NCBI GenBank assembly: GCA_017396395.1
Contig: JAFQMF010000013.1
Coordinates: forward strand, 41,161 to 105,160
Direction: 5' to 3'
DNA: 64,000 bases
Origin: Clostridia bacterium
GTDB lineage: Bacteria > Bacillota > Clostridia > RUG12999
The position numbers and the translations under genes were made by a program. A model generated the notes under the pieces. It searched no databases. It had not been told where the DNA came from and saw only the letters and a program-made list of their open reading frames with translations. Below are positions 47,020 through 56,330 of the stretch, piece after piece; positions within the stretch are counted from its first letter, which is position 1; every line of letters starts with the position of its first letter.

Positions 47020-47769
47020 ATGAAAAATACAAATTCTTCCCTTGCTAAGCAGATTACTCTTACTATAATATGCCTTTTGCTTGGCTTTGCAATTACCCTT
47101 CAGTTTAAAAGTGTTCGTTTTAACAAAGGCCATTCTACAAATCTTCGTGCTCAGGAGCTTCAGGCTCAGCTAAATAACGAACAGGAAAAAAATGCAAGCC
47201 TGCAGGAGGATTTGGAGGAAGCAAAAAAACAGATAACAGAACTTCGTTCAGGAGCTGTATCCGAAGCTGTAACAGGTCAACTTTTAAATGCAGAAAGACT
47301 TGCCGGACTTATTCCTCTTACAGGACCCGGTGTTACAGTAACTCTTTCTGACTCAAAGGGTAGCAGTTCCAGTATTAACTCTGAAAACTTAATTATTCAC
47401 GATTCTGATATACGCACTGTTATTAATGAGCTTTTAGGATCAGGCGCAGAGGCTATTTCCATAAACGGCGAAAGAATAGTATCTACCAGCTCTATTAGAT
47501 GTGTAGGACCTACCGTAATTATAAATAACACAAGACTCAGTACCCCCTTTATAATTACTGCCATCGGAGACAGCAAAACTCTTGAGGCTGGTCTTATTGT
47601 CAAGGGCGGTGTAGTGGATTCTCTTACCCCCTGGGGTATAAATATTACTATAGCAGCTTCTGAAAAGCTGACTGTTCCTGCTTTTACAGGTTCTACCACA
47701 TTTAAATATGCAAAAATAGCAGAGGATGAAAAAAGCAAAACAGAAGAAAAGGTTAGGGGTGATAATTAA
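47020..47769 (+). CDS. DUF881 (YlxW/YlxX-family) division-associated protein
   Basis: N-terminal TM, coiled coil, then the DUF881 pattern; conserved position upstream of sbp-ftsZ. Confidence 0.78.
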   Translation: MKNTNSSLAKQITLTIICLLLGFAITLQFKSVRFNKGHSTNLRAQELQAQLNNEQEKNASLQEDLEEAKKQITELRSGAVSEAVTGQLLNAERLAGLIPLTGPGVTVTLSDSKGSSSSINSENLIIHDSDIRTVINELLGSGAEAISINGERIVSTSSIRCVGPTVIINNTRLSTPFIITAIGDSKTLEAGLIVKGGVVDSLTPWGINITIAASEKLTVPAFTGSTTFKYAKIAEDEKSKTEEKVRGDN

Positions 47770-48119
47770 TGTTTCCCATAATAGGTTTTTTGGCGGGAGT
47801 AATTTTAGCGTTGTTAATTAATTTTAATGTTCCTCCCACTTACACTGTATATCTTGCAATGGCAATTCTGGCAGCACTTGACTCTGTCTTTGGTGCTATT
47901 GTATCTACCATTAAGAATACATTTAAGCTAAGTATTTTTGTCACTGGCTTTTTTGGCAACGCATTTATAGCTGCCGCACTTACCTTTATAGGCAACTCTC
48001 TTGGTATGGATTTCAGCCTTGCGGCAATAGTTGTATTCGGTTCAAGAATGTTCAGCAACTTTGCTACAATACGCCGAATATTTATATATAATATAAATGC
48101 AAAAACAGAAACTGAATAA
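47769..48119 (+). CDS. sbp: small basic protein Sbp (DUF1290)
   Basis: ~115-aa hydrophobic protein overlapping the stop of the ylxW-like gene and preceding ftsZ. Confidence 0.7.
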   Translation: MFPIIGFLAGVILALLINFNVPPTYTVYLAMAILAALDSVFGAIVSTIKNTFKLSIFVTGFFGNAFIAAALTFIGNSLGMDFSLAAIVVFGSRMFSNFATIRRIFIYNINAKTETE

Positions 48120-48239
48120 GATTTCAAAATAATTTTAATATTATTACAATTATTTTTCAATTTAGTATTGAAATTCAAAAAAAAATATAGTATAATATAA
48201 CTATATATGTTAACCACTTACAATAAAGGGGGCAAAAAA

Positions 48240-49466
48240 ATGTTAGAACTTGAAACAGTTTCAACTAATGTTGTTGTTATGAAGGTTGTCGGCGTCGGTG
48301 GCGGCGGTAACAACGCAGTTAACAGAATGATTGACTGCGGACTTAAGGACATTGAATTTATCGCAGTTAATACAGATAAACAGGTACTTTTAACTTCTAA
48401 AGCTATTACCAAAATCCAGATTGGTGAAAAACTTACAAAGGGTCTTGGTGCAGGTGGAAATCCTGAAATCGGACAAAAGGCAGCAGAAGAAAGCCGTGAA
48501 GATATTATTGCGGCATTAAAGGGTGCTAACCTGGTATTTGTAACTGCAGGTATGGGTGGCGGAACAGGTACAGGTGCTGCTCCTGTTGTTGCATCTATTG
48601 CAAAAGAAATGGGCATACTTACAGTAGGTGTTGTTACAAAGCCCTTTATGACAGAAGGCAGAAGACGTGGTCTTCAGGCTGAAAGCGGTATTGAAGAGCT
48701 TAGCAAGGCTGTTGATACACTTGTTGTAATTCCTAACGACAGATTACTTATGATTTCGGACAAGCATACAAGCGTTATCGAAGCTTTCAAGAGTGCTGAT
48801 GATGTACTTCGCCAGTCAATTCAGGGTATTTCTGACGTTATTCGTCAGGAAGGTTGTATTAACCTTGACTTTGCTGATATTAAGTCCGTAATGAAAGACC
48901 GTGGACTTGCTCATATGGGTATTGGACATGCTAAGGGTGAAAATAAGGCTGAAGATGCTGTTAAAATGGCTATTAACAGTCCCCTTCTTGAAACATCTAT
49001 TGATGGTGCTAAGGGTGTACTTCTTCACGTTACAGGTGGCCCTGAACTTTCAATGATTGAAGCTAACGAGGTTGCAGACATTGTTCAGCAGCTTGTTGAT
49101 ATTGACGCTACATTTATTTATGGTATGGGAATTGATGAATCTCTTAAGGATGAAATCATCGTTACTGTTATTGCTACAGGCTTTGAAGCTAACCAGAAGC
49201 CTTCAGCAGGCAGAAAGCCAATAACAAGTATTCCTGATCCAAGACCTATCGGCGGTACTTCAGCAGAGCCTCAGGCTCAGTCACAGACCTACCCTTGGGA
49301 AAATCCTGTAGATAGATTTATCGACAGCTACGGCAGCAAAAAGACCGGTTCAGCAGCTGCTCCCAGAACTGTTACTCCTGCTCCCCTTCCTCCCATCGAT
49401 ATTAACGACGGCGAAAGTTCCAATGGAATAGAAATTCCTGAATGGCTTAAGGGTAACAGAAACTAA
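48240..49466 (+). CDS. ftsZ: cell division GTPase FtsZ
   Basis: [13 protein letters not shown] and tubulin signature GGGTGTG; start at ATG 48240 with AAAGGGGG RBS. Confidence 0.95.
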   Translation: MLELETVSTNVVVMKVVGVGGGGNNAVNRMIDCGLKDIEFIAVNTDKQVLLTSKAITKIQIGEKLTKGLGAGGNPEIGQKAAEESREDIIAALKGANLVFVTAGMGGGTGTGAAPVVASIAKEMGILTVGVVTKPFMTEGRRRGLQAESGIEELSKAVDTLVVIPNDRLLMISDKHTSVIEAFKSADDVLRQSIQGISDVIRQEGCINLDFADIKSVMKDRGLAHMGIGHAKGENKAEDAVKMAINSPLLETSIDGAKGVLLHVTGGPELSMIEANEVADIVQQLVDIDATFIYGMGIDESLKDEIIVTVIATGFEANQKPSAGRKPITSIPDPRPIGGTSAEPQAQSQTYPWENPVDRFIDSYGSKKTGSAAAPRTVTPAPLPPIDINDGESSNGIEIPEWLKGNRN

Positions 49467-49476
49467 TATAACAATT

Positions 49477-49505
49477 AAAAGCCGTGAATTTTCACGGCTT
49501 TTTTG
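49477..49505 (+). terminator. rho-independent terminator after ftsZ
   Basis: AAAAGCCGTGAATTTTCACGGCTTTTTT. Confidence 0.8.
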
Positions 49506-49535
49506 CTACATCATATTGAAAGGCAGTTTAGGAAT

Positions 49536-50267
49536 ATGAAACTACAAAATATTTTAGTCGATATAATTTATCCACCAAAATGCTACAACTGCCATAAAAA
49601 TTTACATTTAGGCACAAGACCTTTATTATGCGAAAACTGCAAGGTTAAAATTTCTGCTTACACCAAAAAATGTGCCAGGTGCGGAAATGAGTTTCGGCTT
49701 AAAGAGGGCGTTTTGGTATGTGATACCTGTCACTCTCGCCGTCATCCTTTTGATGGAGTAATATCTGCCTACTTTTATAAAGAGGGTATAAGAGATACTA
49801 TAGTTTCACACAAATTTCAATTTGCATCAAATCACTCACCATTTTTAGCAACAGAAATTTCAAATTGTATTCTGGATTTTATTTCAGAATTTACTCAAAT
49901 GCCTGACGGAATAGTGTATATTCCCTCTCACAAGAAAAGGCTTAGAGATCGAGGTTATGATTCTCTGCTTGAAATTGCGGAAATTGTATCTTATAATACA
50001 AATCTTCCTATTTTAGATAATCTTATTATTCGTCATAAGCATGTTCCTCAGCAAAGTAAAATGTCACTTTCAGCCAGAATGAGAAATGTGCGTGGTTCTT
50101 TTAAAGTGACAGATAAATCCCTTGTTAAAGGAAAAAGCATTATTTTATTTGACGATGTTTATACATCCGGTGCAACTACAAGAGAATGTGCAAAGGTTCT
50201 TAAAAGAGCCGGTGCTAAATATATATTAATTGCAACTGTTGCAATTTCATCAAGATTTATGAGGTGA
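49536..50267 (+). CDS. comFC: ComF-family protein (double zinc ribbon plus phosphoribosyltransferase domain)
   Basis: CxxC...CxxC pairs at the N-terminus; C-terminal PRTase motif ILFDDVYTSGAT. Confidence 0.8.
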   Translation: MKLQNILVDIIYPPKCYNCHKNLHLGTRPLLCENCKVKISAYTKKCARCGNEFRLKEGVLVCDTCHSRRHPFDGVISAYFYKEGIRDTIVSHKFQFASNHSPFLATEISNCILDFISEFTQMPDGIVYIPSHKKRLRDRGYDSLLEIAEIVSYNTNLPILDNLIIRHKHVPQQSKMSLSARMRNVRGSFKVTDKSLVKGKSIILFDDVYTSGATTRECAKVLKRAGAKYILIATVAISSRFMR

Positions 50268-50271
50268 TAAA

Positions 50272-51108
50272 ATGTTAGACTTTTTACTTAGCTTTCTAAA
50301 ATCTTTACAAAGTATCTCAAATCCCTTTTTAGATATTTTTTTAACACTGTTTAACCTTCTAAGTCAGCAATATTTTCTCGTGCTATTAGTGGCAATAGTT
50401 TATTGGATATTGGATAAAAAGAAAGGACTTCAGCTTGCCTATTCCCTTATTTTTTCCGTAGCCTTCAGTTGTGGAATAAAAGGAGTTTTCAAAGTTCCCC
50501 GTCCATACAATTACGAAGGAATTATAGTAAAAAACAAGCACACTGCACCTGGTTTTTCTTTTCCCAGTGCAGACAGTACAGCGGCAGCAAGTGTAGCAGG
50601 AAGCTTTATGAGCTGGACAAAAAATAATATTTTCCGAATACTTTTTGTTATATATATGATACTAATTGCCTTTTCCAGAATGTATTTTGGATTACACTTC
50701 CCCACAGATGTTGTGGCAGGCCTTACAATTGGTATATTGATATCTTTTATAATCAGCAAGCTTCTTAACTCTCACCTTAATATGAATGTATGTTATATAG
50801 CATCAACACTAATATTGCTGATATTTATACCCTTTGGTCAGGAGCCTGATTTTTATAAAACTTTAGGACTTATGTTAGGTTCGGTAGCAGGATTACTTAT
50901 AGAACAACAGGTTAATTTTACTACAATAATTTCCAAACAAAAAAAGGTACTACGCCTGACAGTGGGACTGCTTGGAATAATCATTATTGCGGTTTTGTCT
51001 TCTATTTTTATGCCTGAAAACAACATTTGCTATTGTATAGAAAAATTTCTGTTAACATTTTTCGCGGTGGGAATTTATCCGCTAATATTTACAAAATTTA
51101 ACTTCTGA
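50272..51108 (+). CDS. PAP2-family membrane phosphatase (undecaprenyl/phosphatidic acid phosphatase-like)
   Basis: KxxxxxxRP (KVPRPY), PSxH-like (SFPSADS) and SRxxxxxHxxxD (SRMYFGLHFPTD) PAP2 motifs. Confidence 0.8.
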   Translation: MLDFLLSFLKSLQSISNPFLDIFLTLFNLLSQQYFLVLLVAIVYWILDKKKGLQLAYSLIFSVAFSCGIKGVFKVPRPYNYEGIIVKNKHTAPGFSFPSADSTAAASVAGSFMSWTKNNIFRILFVIYMILIAFSRMYFGLHFPTDVVAGLTIGILISFIISKLLNSHLNMNVCYIASTLILLIFIPFGQEPDFYKTLGLMLGSVAGLLIEQQVNFTTIISKQKKVLRLTVGLLGIIIIAVLSSIFMPENNICYCIEKFLLTFFAVGIYPLIFTKFNF

Positions 51109-51111
51109 TAC

Positions 51112-51145
51112 AAAAAGACCTGATATAAAATCAGGTCTTTTTTAC
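51112..51145. terminator. bidirectional rho-independent terminator (PAP2 gene / lysA)
   Basis: AAGACCTGATATAAAATCAGGTCTT hairpin with flanking A and T runs. Confidence 0.8.
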
Positions 51146-52440
51146 TATATATCATTTCTCACTATATCCTCTAAGGTTTCGCCTTTTACTGCAATATAGT
51201 CTTTTCCCTTTGACAGCATAATCACAGGAGGCTTTCCCACCCTGTTATAGTTGGATGCCATTGAGTAGTTATAAGCACCTGTTGTACAAACTGCTATAAT
51301 TTCTCCTCTTGTTGGCTTTACAAGGTTTACATTCTCCTGAATTATATCTCCGCTTTCACAGCACCTTCCCACTACACTGCATTTAAAGTCAGGGGTTTTA
51401 TCTGCTTTTGAGGCGTTTAATACTGTATAATCGGCTTTATACAGGGCATATCTTGGATTGTCCGTCATGCCTCCGTCAATTGAAACATATGACTTAAATC
51501 CAGGTATTTCCTTTACTGTTCCTGCAGTATATAAAGTCATTCCTGCATTTGCTACAATGCTTCTTCCCGGTTCCATAAGTATCTTTGGAATACTAAGTTT
51601 CTTTATTTCGCATATTTCTTTTATTGATTTTGCAACCTGCTTTATACTTCCGTCAATATCAAATACAGGGTCATTATTTGTATATCTTACTCCATATCCG
51701 CCACCAAGATTAAGCTGGGAAATTTCATAGCAGTATTTTTCTTTAATAAGGCTGATAAATTCCAGCATTACCTCTGCAGCCTTGTAAAAAGGCTCAGTTT
51801 CAAAAATCTGAGAGCCTATGTGACAATGAAAACCGCAAAGATTAATATTTTCCATTTCAAGTGCCTGACAAGTAATAATTTCAGCTTGACCTGTTTCTAT
51901 GGCAGAACCGAATTTAGAATCTACCTTCCCTGTAGAAATTGCCTCAAATGTATGAGGGTCAATTCCGGGGGTAAGTCGCAGAAGTATATCCTGCTTTTTG
52001 CCTTGTTTTCCCGCTTCAAAGTTTATTCTTTCAAGCTCCTGAATATTATCAACAACAAAATAACCAATTCCGTTTTGGATAGCAAATTCAATATCAAAAT
52101 CAGTCTTATTATTGCTGTGAAAATATGCATTTTTAAGGTCAAAACCTGCTTTTATCGCAGTATATACTTCCCCTGAGGAAACCACGTCAATGCCCATTTT
52201 TTCCTCTGCCATAATCTCATACAATCTTTTAAAAGAAGCTGATTTGCTTGCAAAAAGCGGAAGAGCATTTTCCCCAAAATATTTTGTAAAAGCATTTTTA
52301 TATATTCTGCAATTTTCACGGATTTTATCTTCATCCATTAAATATAAAGGCGTACCATACTTTTCAGCTAAAAGAGTGGTGTCTATCCCCGCAAAAGTTA
52401 AATGTCCCTCACAGTTTCCAATATTATCACAAATATACAT
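51145..52440 (-). CDS. lysA: diaminopimelate decarboxylase
   Basis: Orn/DAP/Arg decarboxylase family 2 pattern with PLP-binding region and EPGR motif (EPGRSIVANAG). Confidence 0.9.
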   Translation of the reverse strand: MYICDNIGNCEGHLTFAGIDTTLLAEKYGTPLYLMDEDKIRENCRIYKNAFTKYFGENALPLFASKSASFKRLYEIMAEEKMGIDVVSSGEVYTAIKAGFDLKNAYFHSNNKTDFDIEFAIQNGIGYFVVDNIQELERINFEAGKQGKKQDILLRLTPGIDPHTFEAISTGKVDSKFGSAIETGQAEIITCQALEMENINLCGFHCHIGSQIFETEPFYKAAEVMLEFISLIKEKYCYEISQLNLGGGYGVRYTNNDPVFDIDGSIKQVAKSIKEICEIKKLSIPKILMEPGRSIVANAGMTLYTAGTVKEIPGFKSYVSIDGGMTDNPRYALYKADYTVLNASKADKTPDFKCSVVGRCCESGDIIQENVNLVKPTRGEIIAVCTTGAYNYSMASNYNRVGKPPVIMLSKGKDYIAVKGETLEDIVRNDI

Positions 52441-52441
52441 T

Positions 52442-53182
52442 CTATTTACCTACCATATCATTCATATTATAAAGGCCTGCATCTTTATCTGCAATAAAGC
52501 TAGCTGCAGATATTGCACCTTCAGCAAAAAGAGCTCTGCTATGTGCCTCGTGCTTTAATGTAATAGTCTGAGAATCGGTGGAAACCAGCACCTCGTGGAT
52601 ACCTACAATATTCCCCCTTCTCACTGCGGAAATGCCTATTTCCCCTGACTGTCTTTTGCCTTCTCTTCCAAAAATAAGCTGAGCCTTTTCCCTGACCTCT
52701 TTAATAGCATTTGCTATTAATAAGGCTGTTCCGCTTGGAGCATCCAGTTTTCTGTTATGGTGTGTTTCTACAATTTCAATATCCGCTTCCGGCATAGTTT
52801 TTGCAACATTCTTAGCAAGCTCTACCAAAAGTGCTACACCAAGTGACATATTTGCAGACATAAAAACAGGTATGCTTTTACTTGCCTTTAATATATATTC
52901 TTTTTCATCTTCGCTGTGCCCTGTTGTTGCCATAACCACAGGAATACCTCTGCTTACTGCAAAATGCATAACATCTTTTGTAATACTGTGGTGAGAAAAG
53001 TCAATTATAACATCTGCATCTTCAATAATGTCATCAGGAGATGTATATGTGGGATAATTACAGCTTGCAGGCACATTTATATCCACTGCCGCCGCAAGAG
53101 AGCTTCCCATAACACCTTTTTCCAAAAGTGCTATAACTTCTTTTCCCATATAGCCATTTGAGCCAATAACAATTACTTTCAT
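52442..53182 (-). CDS. dapB: 4-hydroxy-tetrahydrodipicolinate reductase
   Basis: MKVIVIGSNGYMGKEV Rossmann N-terminus; DapB C-terminal domain; start at internal ATG with GGAAGAAA RBS. Confidence 0.88.
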   Translation of the reverse strand: MKVIVIGSNGYMGKEVIALLEKGVMGSSLAAAVDINVPASCNYPTYTSPDDIIEDADVIIDFSHHSITKDVMHFAVSRGIPVVMATTGHSEDEKEYILKASKSIPVFMSANMSLGVALLVELAKNVAKTMPEADIEIVETHHNRKLDAPSGTALLIANAIKEVREKAQLIFGREGKRQSGEIGISAVRRGNIVGIHEVLVSTDSQTITLKHEAHSRALFAEGAISAASFIADKDAGLYNMNDMVGK

Positions 53183-53198
53183 ACTTTTTCTTCCTTTG

Positions 53199-54086
53199 TT
53201 AGTTGATTGCTCCAAACTTTTTCATTAATTCATAGAGCTTGTTTGCATTTTCTTCTTCCATCTCAGTAAGAGGAAGTCTGAGAAAGTTTTTGCAAAATCC
53301 CATTTTTGCCATTGCTGCCTTAACCGGAATAGGGTTAACCTCACTAAACAGTGCGTTAATAAGAGGTAAAAATTCAAGCTGAAGCTTTGCACTTTCCTTA
53401 ATATTTCCTGCACGGAAATTGTCACAAATTGCAACCGTTTCCTTTGGAAGAACATTTGAAAGCACTGAAATTACACCTTTACCACCAAGAGACATAATAG
53501 GCACAATCTGGTCATCATTACCCGAATAAATATCCATTTTATCCCCTACAAGCGATGCAATTTCTGCAATTTGAGAAATATTGCCGCTTGCCTCTTTAAT
53601 AGCAGAAATATTAGGATGTTCTGACAATGCAAGACAAGTTTTGGGAGTAATATTCACTCCTGTGCGGGAAGGAACATTATATAAAATCACAGGTGCCGTA
53701 CTTTTGTCTGCAATTTGTGAAAACATTTTTATAAGTCCCTTTTGTGTTGCTTTGTTGTAGTATGGAGTAACAACTAAAACCCCGTCTGCACCTGCTTTAC
53801 AAGCATAATCGGTCAAGTCAAGAGCATAGTCCGTATCGTTACTTCCTGTGCCTGCAATTACCGGCACTCTGCCTGCTGATTTATCCACTACAAATTTAAT
53901 AGCTTCTTTATGCTCCTCATCAGTAAGAGTTGAGGATTCGCCTGTTGTTCCGCAAACCACAAGAGCATTTATCCCCTTTTCAATTTGCCAGTCAACAAGC
54001 TTTCCAAAAAGCTCATAATTTACTCCATTTTCATCTAAAGGAGTAATAAGAGCCGTTGCCACGCCTTCAAATACCGTTTTTTTCAT
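53199..54086 (-). CDS. dapA: 4-hydroxy-tetrahydrodipicolinate synthase
   Basis: DHDPS pattern GTTGES...AGTGSN... with the Schiff-base Lys region (NVPSRTGVNI). Confidence 0.9.
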   Translation of the reverse strand: MKKTVFEGVATALITPLDENGVNYELFGKLVDWQIEKGINALVVCGTTGESSTLTDEEHKEAIKFVVDKSAGRVPVIAGTGSNDTDYALDLTDYACKAGADGVLVVTPYYNKATQKGLIKMFSQIADKSTAPVILYNVPSRTGVNITPKTCLALSEHPNISAIKEASGNISQIAEIASLVGDKMDIYSGNDDQIVPIMSLGGKGVISVLSNVLPKETVAICDNFRAGNIKESAKLQLEFLPLINALFSEVNPIPVKAAMAKMGFCKNFLRLPLTEMEEENANKLYELMKKFGAIN

Positions 54087-54104
54087 TTTCTTTTTCCTCC
54101 AAAC

Positions 54105-54352
54105 AATAAAAAATAGTCGTATAAGCTACGACTATCATTACTTTTCTATTATACCCCTTAATGACAGGGGGAATATTTTCAAAAAGTAAGATAGCTCTCC
54201 GCTTAAAGCGACAACAAAGTAAATATTATTTTACTTTGCCAGATCAGACTTACGCCTCGCCTGTCTTCGGCACCTGTACCTTTCTTTACCGCTGACTTTT
54301 GCGAAAGCCCTTTTATAGCGGAAATACTATTTACAAAATGCACCTCTATCAC
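54105..54352 (-). promoter_or_regulatory. lysine riboswitch (L-box) with intrinsic terminator, leader of dapA-dapB-lysA
   Basis: on the minus strand: GATAGAGGTGC P1 start; conserved GGTGCCGAAG; closing GGAGAGCTATC; then terminator ATAGTCGTAGCTTATACGACTAT plus TTTTTTATT immediately before the dapA RBS. Confidence 0.7.
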
Positions 54353-54396
54353 TTTCTATATAATACCATATTTTTTTCTTTTTGTCAACTGTTTTA

Positions 54397-54723
54397 TTAC
54401 TGCAAGGCAATCTTTCCCCGCACTTTAAGCACGCATCCTTCTAAGGTTATCTGTGGAGAAGCATCAAGTCTTACTGTAATATTTGTTTTAGATATCCCTG
54501 TAAATATTCCAACGCCATATCCTTCTACAGTTTTTCTTCTTTCTTTTTTATTATAATATCTGATGCGTATGCCATAGTTTGCTTTTACCATACCTACACC
54601 ATTTAAAGTTCCGTAGGATATTCCTCTGTTAAAGAAAATAACCTGCTCAATTCTTTTTATATCAGGAATAACAAAAATGTCGTTTATGTATCTGTATATT
54701 TCAGGCTCTTTCTGCATATGCAT
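54397..54723 (-). CDS. hypothetical small protein (108 aa), downstream partner of DUF11 gene
   Basis: ORF with plausible coding composition; no recognised motif. Confidence 0.55.
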   Translation of the reverse strand: MHMQKEPEIYRYINDIFVIPDIKRIEQVIFFNRGISYGTLNGVGMVKANYGIRIRYYNKKERRKTVEGYGVGIFTGISKTNITVRLDASPQITLEGCVLKVRGKIALQ

Positions 54724-54786
54724 CCCCCCTTTTATTTAATAATATGTATTTACCCCCTCAAAAATGAGGGGGGTAAAGTTAAAAAA

Positions 54787-55641
54787 TCAAATTGTTCCTG
54801 TAATTGTAAGAGTTGCTGTGCCCGGTGTAACTATAAACTGTCCTGTTACATTTGACTGTGTAACAGTTGCAGCAGGCACTGTAATCTGACCTGGAACTGT
54901 TGCAAATTCACCTGTAGTCACAGCATAAGTGTAATTTGTATTAAGTCCCCATAGAGTACCATTGTAAGTTACTATAAGCTCTGTAAGTGCAGGATTTAAA
55001 ATGTCTGTAATCTGTATAGCATCCTCTGCATCTGCAACCGTTGTACTGTTGTTTACAATAGTAAAGGTATAGGTTATCTGCTGACCATCAATAACAGTAG
55101 TAGGTGTAAGAGCTTTTACAAGACTAAGGTCTGGCTCTGTTGTTACATTGATAGTTTCGTCTGCAACAACAGCAGGACTAAGACCTGTAGCAAAAATTGT
55201 AACTTGGTTACGGATAGTTCCTCCTACTGCAACAGGAGCAAATTCATTAGCAGTAGCTGTATATGCCACAATTGCATTTCCACCTGCGGGAATTGTAATA
55301 TTACTGATAGTAAGGGGTGGTCCTCCTGCTATCGTAACATTTGTCTGACGAACACCATTTACAAATACACTTGCTGTTTCATCTACATAGGTGAGAGGAA
55401 CTAAGTCCTCAGTGCCAAAGGTGTAAGCACCAAGGTCATCTGTTACTGTAATATCATTATAATCAGTAGTACCTGTGTTTAATATACTTACTATAAAAGT
55501 TATATTATCACCCTGATTGTAAGTGCTTTTTAAAGCGGATTTTGTAACAGAAATATCCTGGACAATAGTACCTGTTACAATGTTGGATAATACATTACCG
55601 CCTGTATAGGTTAAGTTAGCCTGGTTAGTAAAGGTTGCCAA
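54787..55641 (-). CDS. leaderless two-repeat DUF11-like (conserved repeat domain) Thr/Asn/Val-rich protein, possible spore-surface protein
   Basis: two repeats of the form ...KS.L....Y..GD.ITF.V...NTG...NDITVTD.L (ISVTKSALKSTYNQGDNITFIVSILNTGTTDYNDITVTD and LSLVKALTPTTVIDGQQITYTFTIVNNSTTVADAEDAIQITDIL); no signal peptide; TTG start 10 nt after AAGGAGG. Confidence 0.72.
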   Translation of the reverse strand: MATFTNQANLTYTGGNVLSNIVTGTIVQDISVTKSALKSTYNQGDNITFIVSILNTGTTDYNDITVTDDLGAYTFGTEDLVPLTYVDETASVFVNGVRQTNVTIAGGPPLTISNITIPAGGNAIVAYTATANEFAPVAVGGTIRNQVTIFATGLSPAVVADETINVTTEPDLSLVKALTPTTVIDGQQITYTFTIVNNSTTVADAEDAIQITDILNPALTELIVTYNGTLWGLNTNYTYAVTTGEFATVPGQITVPAATVTQSNVTGQFIVTPGTATLTITGTI

Positions 55642-55762
55642 TTTACATTTACCTCCTTTTTATATTTACGGGGATTTTCCCCCTTATTTATAATATTAAA
55701 TTTACAGGTAAAAAGTTCCTCAAATTTTTTTAAAAAAATATTGATATTTTTTTAAAAAGGTA

Positions 55763-55791
55763 TTGACAAACTTTTTTATACGTGGTATAAT
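55763..55791 (+). promoter_or_regulatory. consensus sigma-A promoter (TTGACA-17-TATAAT) of tRNA-Thr/tRNA-Tyr operon
   Basis: perfect hexamers with 17-nt spacer, 33 nt upstream of tRNA-Thr. Confidence 0.65.
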
Positions 55792-55824
55792 AAGAGGGTC
55801 AGTTAATGACAAACAAGAAAGTGT

Positions 55825-55900
55825 GCTGGTGTAGCTCAATTGGTAGAGCAGCTGATTTGTAATCAGCAGGTCGCGGGTTCGAGTCCCATCACCAGCTCCA
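55825..55900 (+). tRNA. tRNA-Thr (anticodon UGU)
   Basis: GCTGGTG acceptor pairing with CACCAGC; GCTCAATTGGTAGAGC D-arm; anticodon loop TTTGTAA; GGTTCGAGTCC T-arm; encoded CCA. Confidence 0.85.
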
Positions 55901-55922
55901 ATTTTTTGTTCAAATTTAATAT

Positions 55923-56007
55923 GGAGAGGTTCCCGAGTGGCCAAAGGGGACAGACTGTAAATCTGCTGCTTATTGCTTCGGTGGTTCGAATCCACCCCTC
56001 TCCACCA
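55923..56007 (+). tRNA. tRNA-Tyr (anticodon GUA), long variable arm
   Basis: GGAGAGG/CCTCTCC acceptor; anticodon loop CTGTAAA; 13-nt variable arm; GGTGGTTCGAATCCACC T-arm; encoded CCA; 85 nt like Bacillus tRNA-Tyr. Confidence 0.88.
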
Positions 56008-56043
56008 GAAAAAAGCGTACTGAAAATTCAGTACGCTTTTTTC
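56008..56043 (+). terminator. rho-independent terminator of tRNA operon
   Basis: AAAAGCGTACTGAAAATTCAGTACGCTTTTTT. Confidence 0.85.
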
Positions 56044-56200
56044 AGCGATATATACTCCGTACGCGATATATCTTGGATGCGATATGTTGCCTTACTGCAA
56101 CGAGAAAAGGAATTTATATCATATCGCAACAAGCGAAGTGGAGTTATATCGAATTTGCAAAGCAAATATATCGCACGAGCGTTAGCGAGTATATCGCCTA
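56041..56200. repeat. quasi-palindromic intergenic repeat element, copy B (3 GCGATATA + core GTTGC-N-GCAAC + 4 TATATCGC)
   Basis: motif copies at 56045, 56063, 56079 (forward) and 56122, 56146, 56167, 56191 (reverse); aligns to the reverse complement of 33300-33495. Confidence 0.6.
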
Positions 56201-56330
56201 AACATTGTCATCCAAACCATTCTGTTCTTCCAGAAAAAGTAAAACTTAAAACTCGCACCTTTAAATATAATCAGTCCCGAACACAAATGTGTTCGGGACT
56301 TTACTTTTTCAGCTATAAGCTTATTAAAGA

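Noticed and set aside
55645-55650. ATG-TAA mini-ORF between the RBS and the TTG start of the DUF11 gene
   Set aside because: Two codons only. It is noted as a possible start-stop element but not reportable as a gene.
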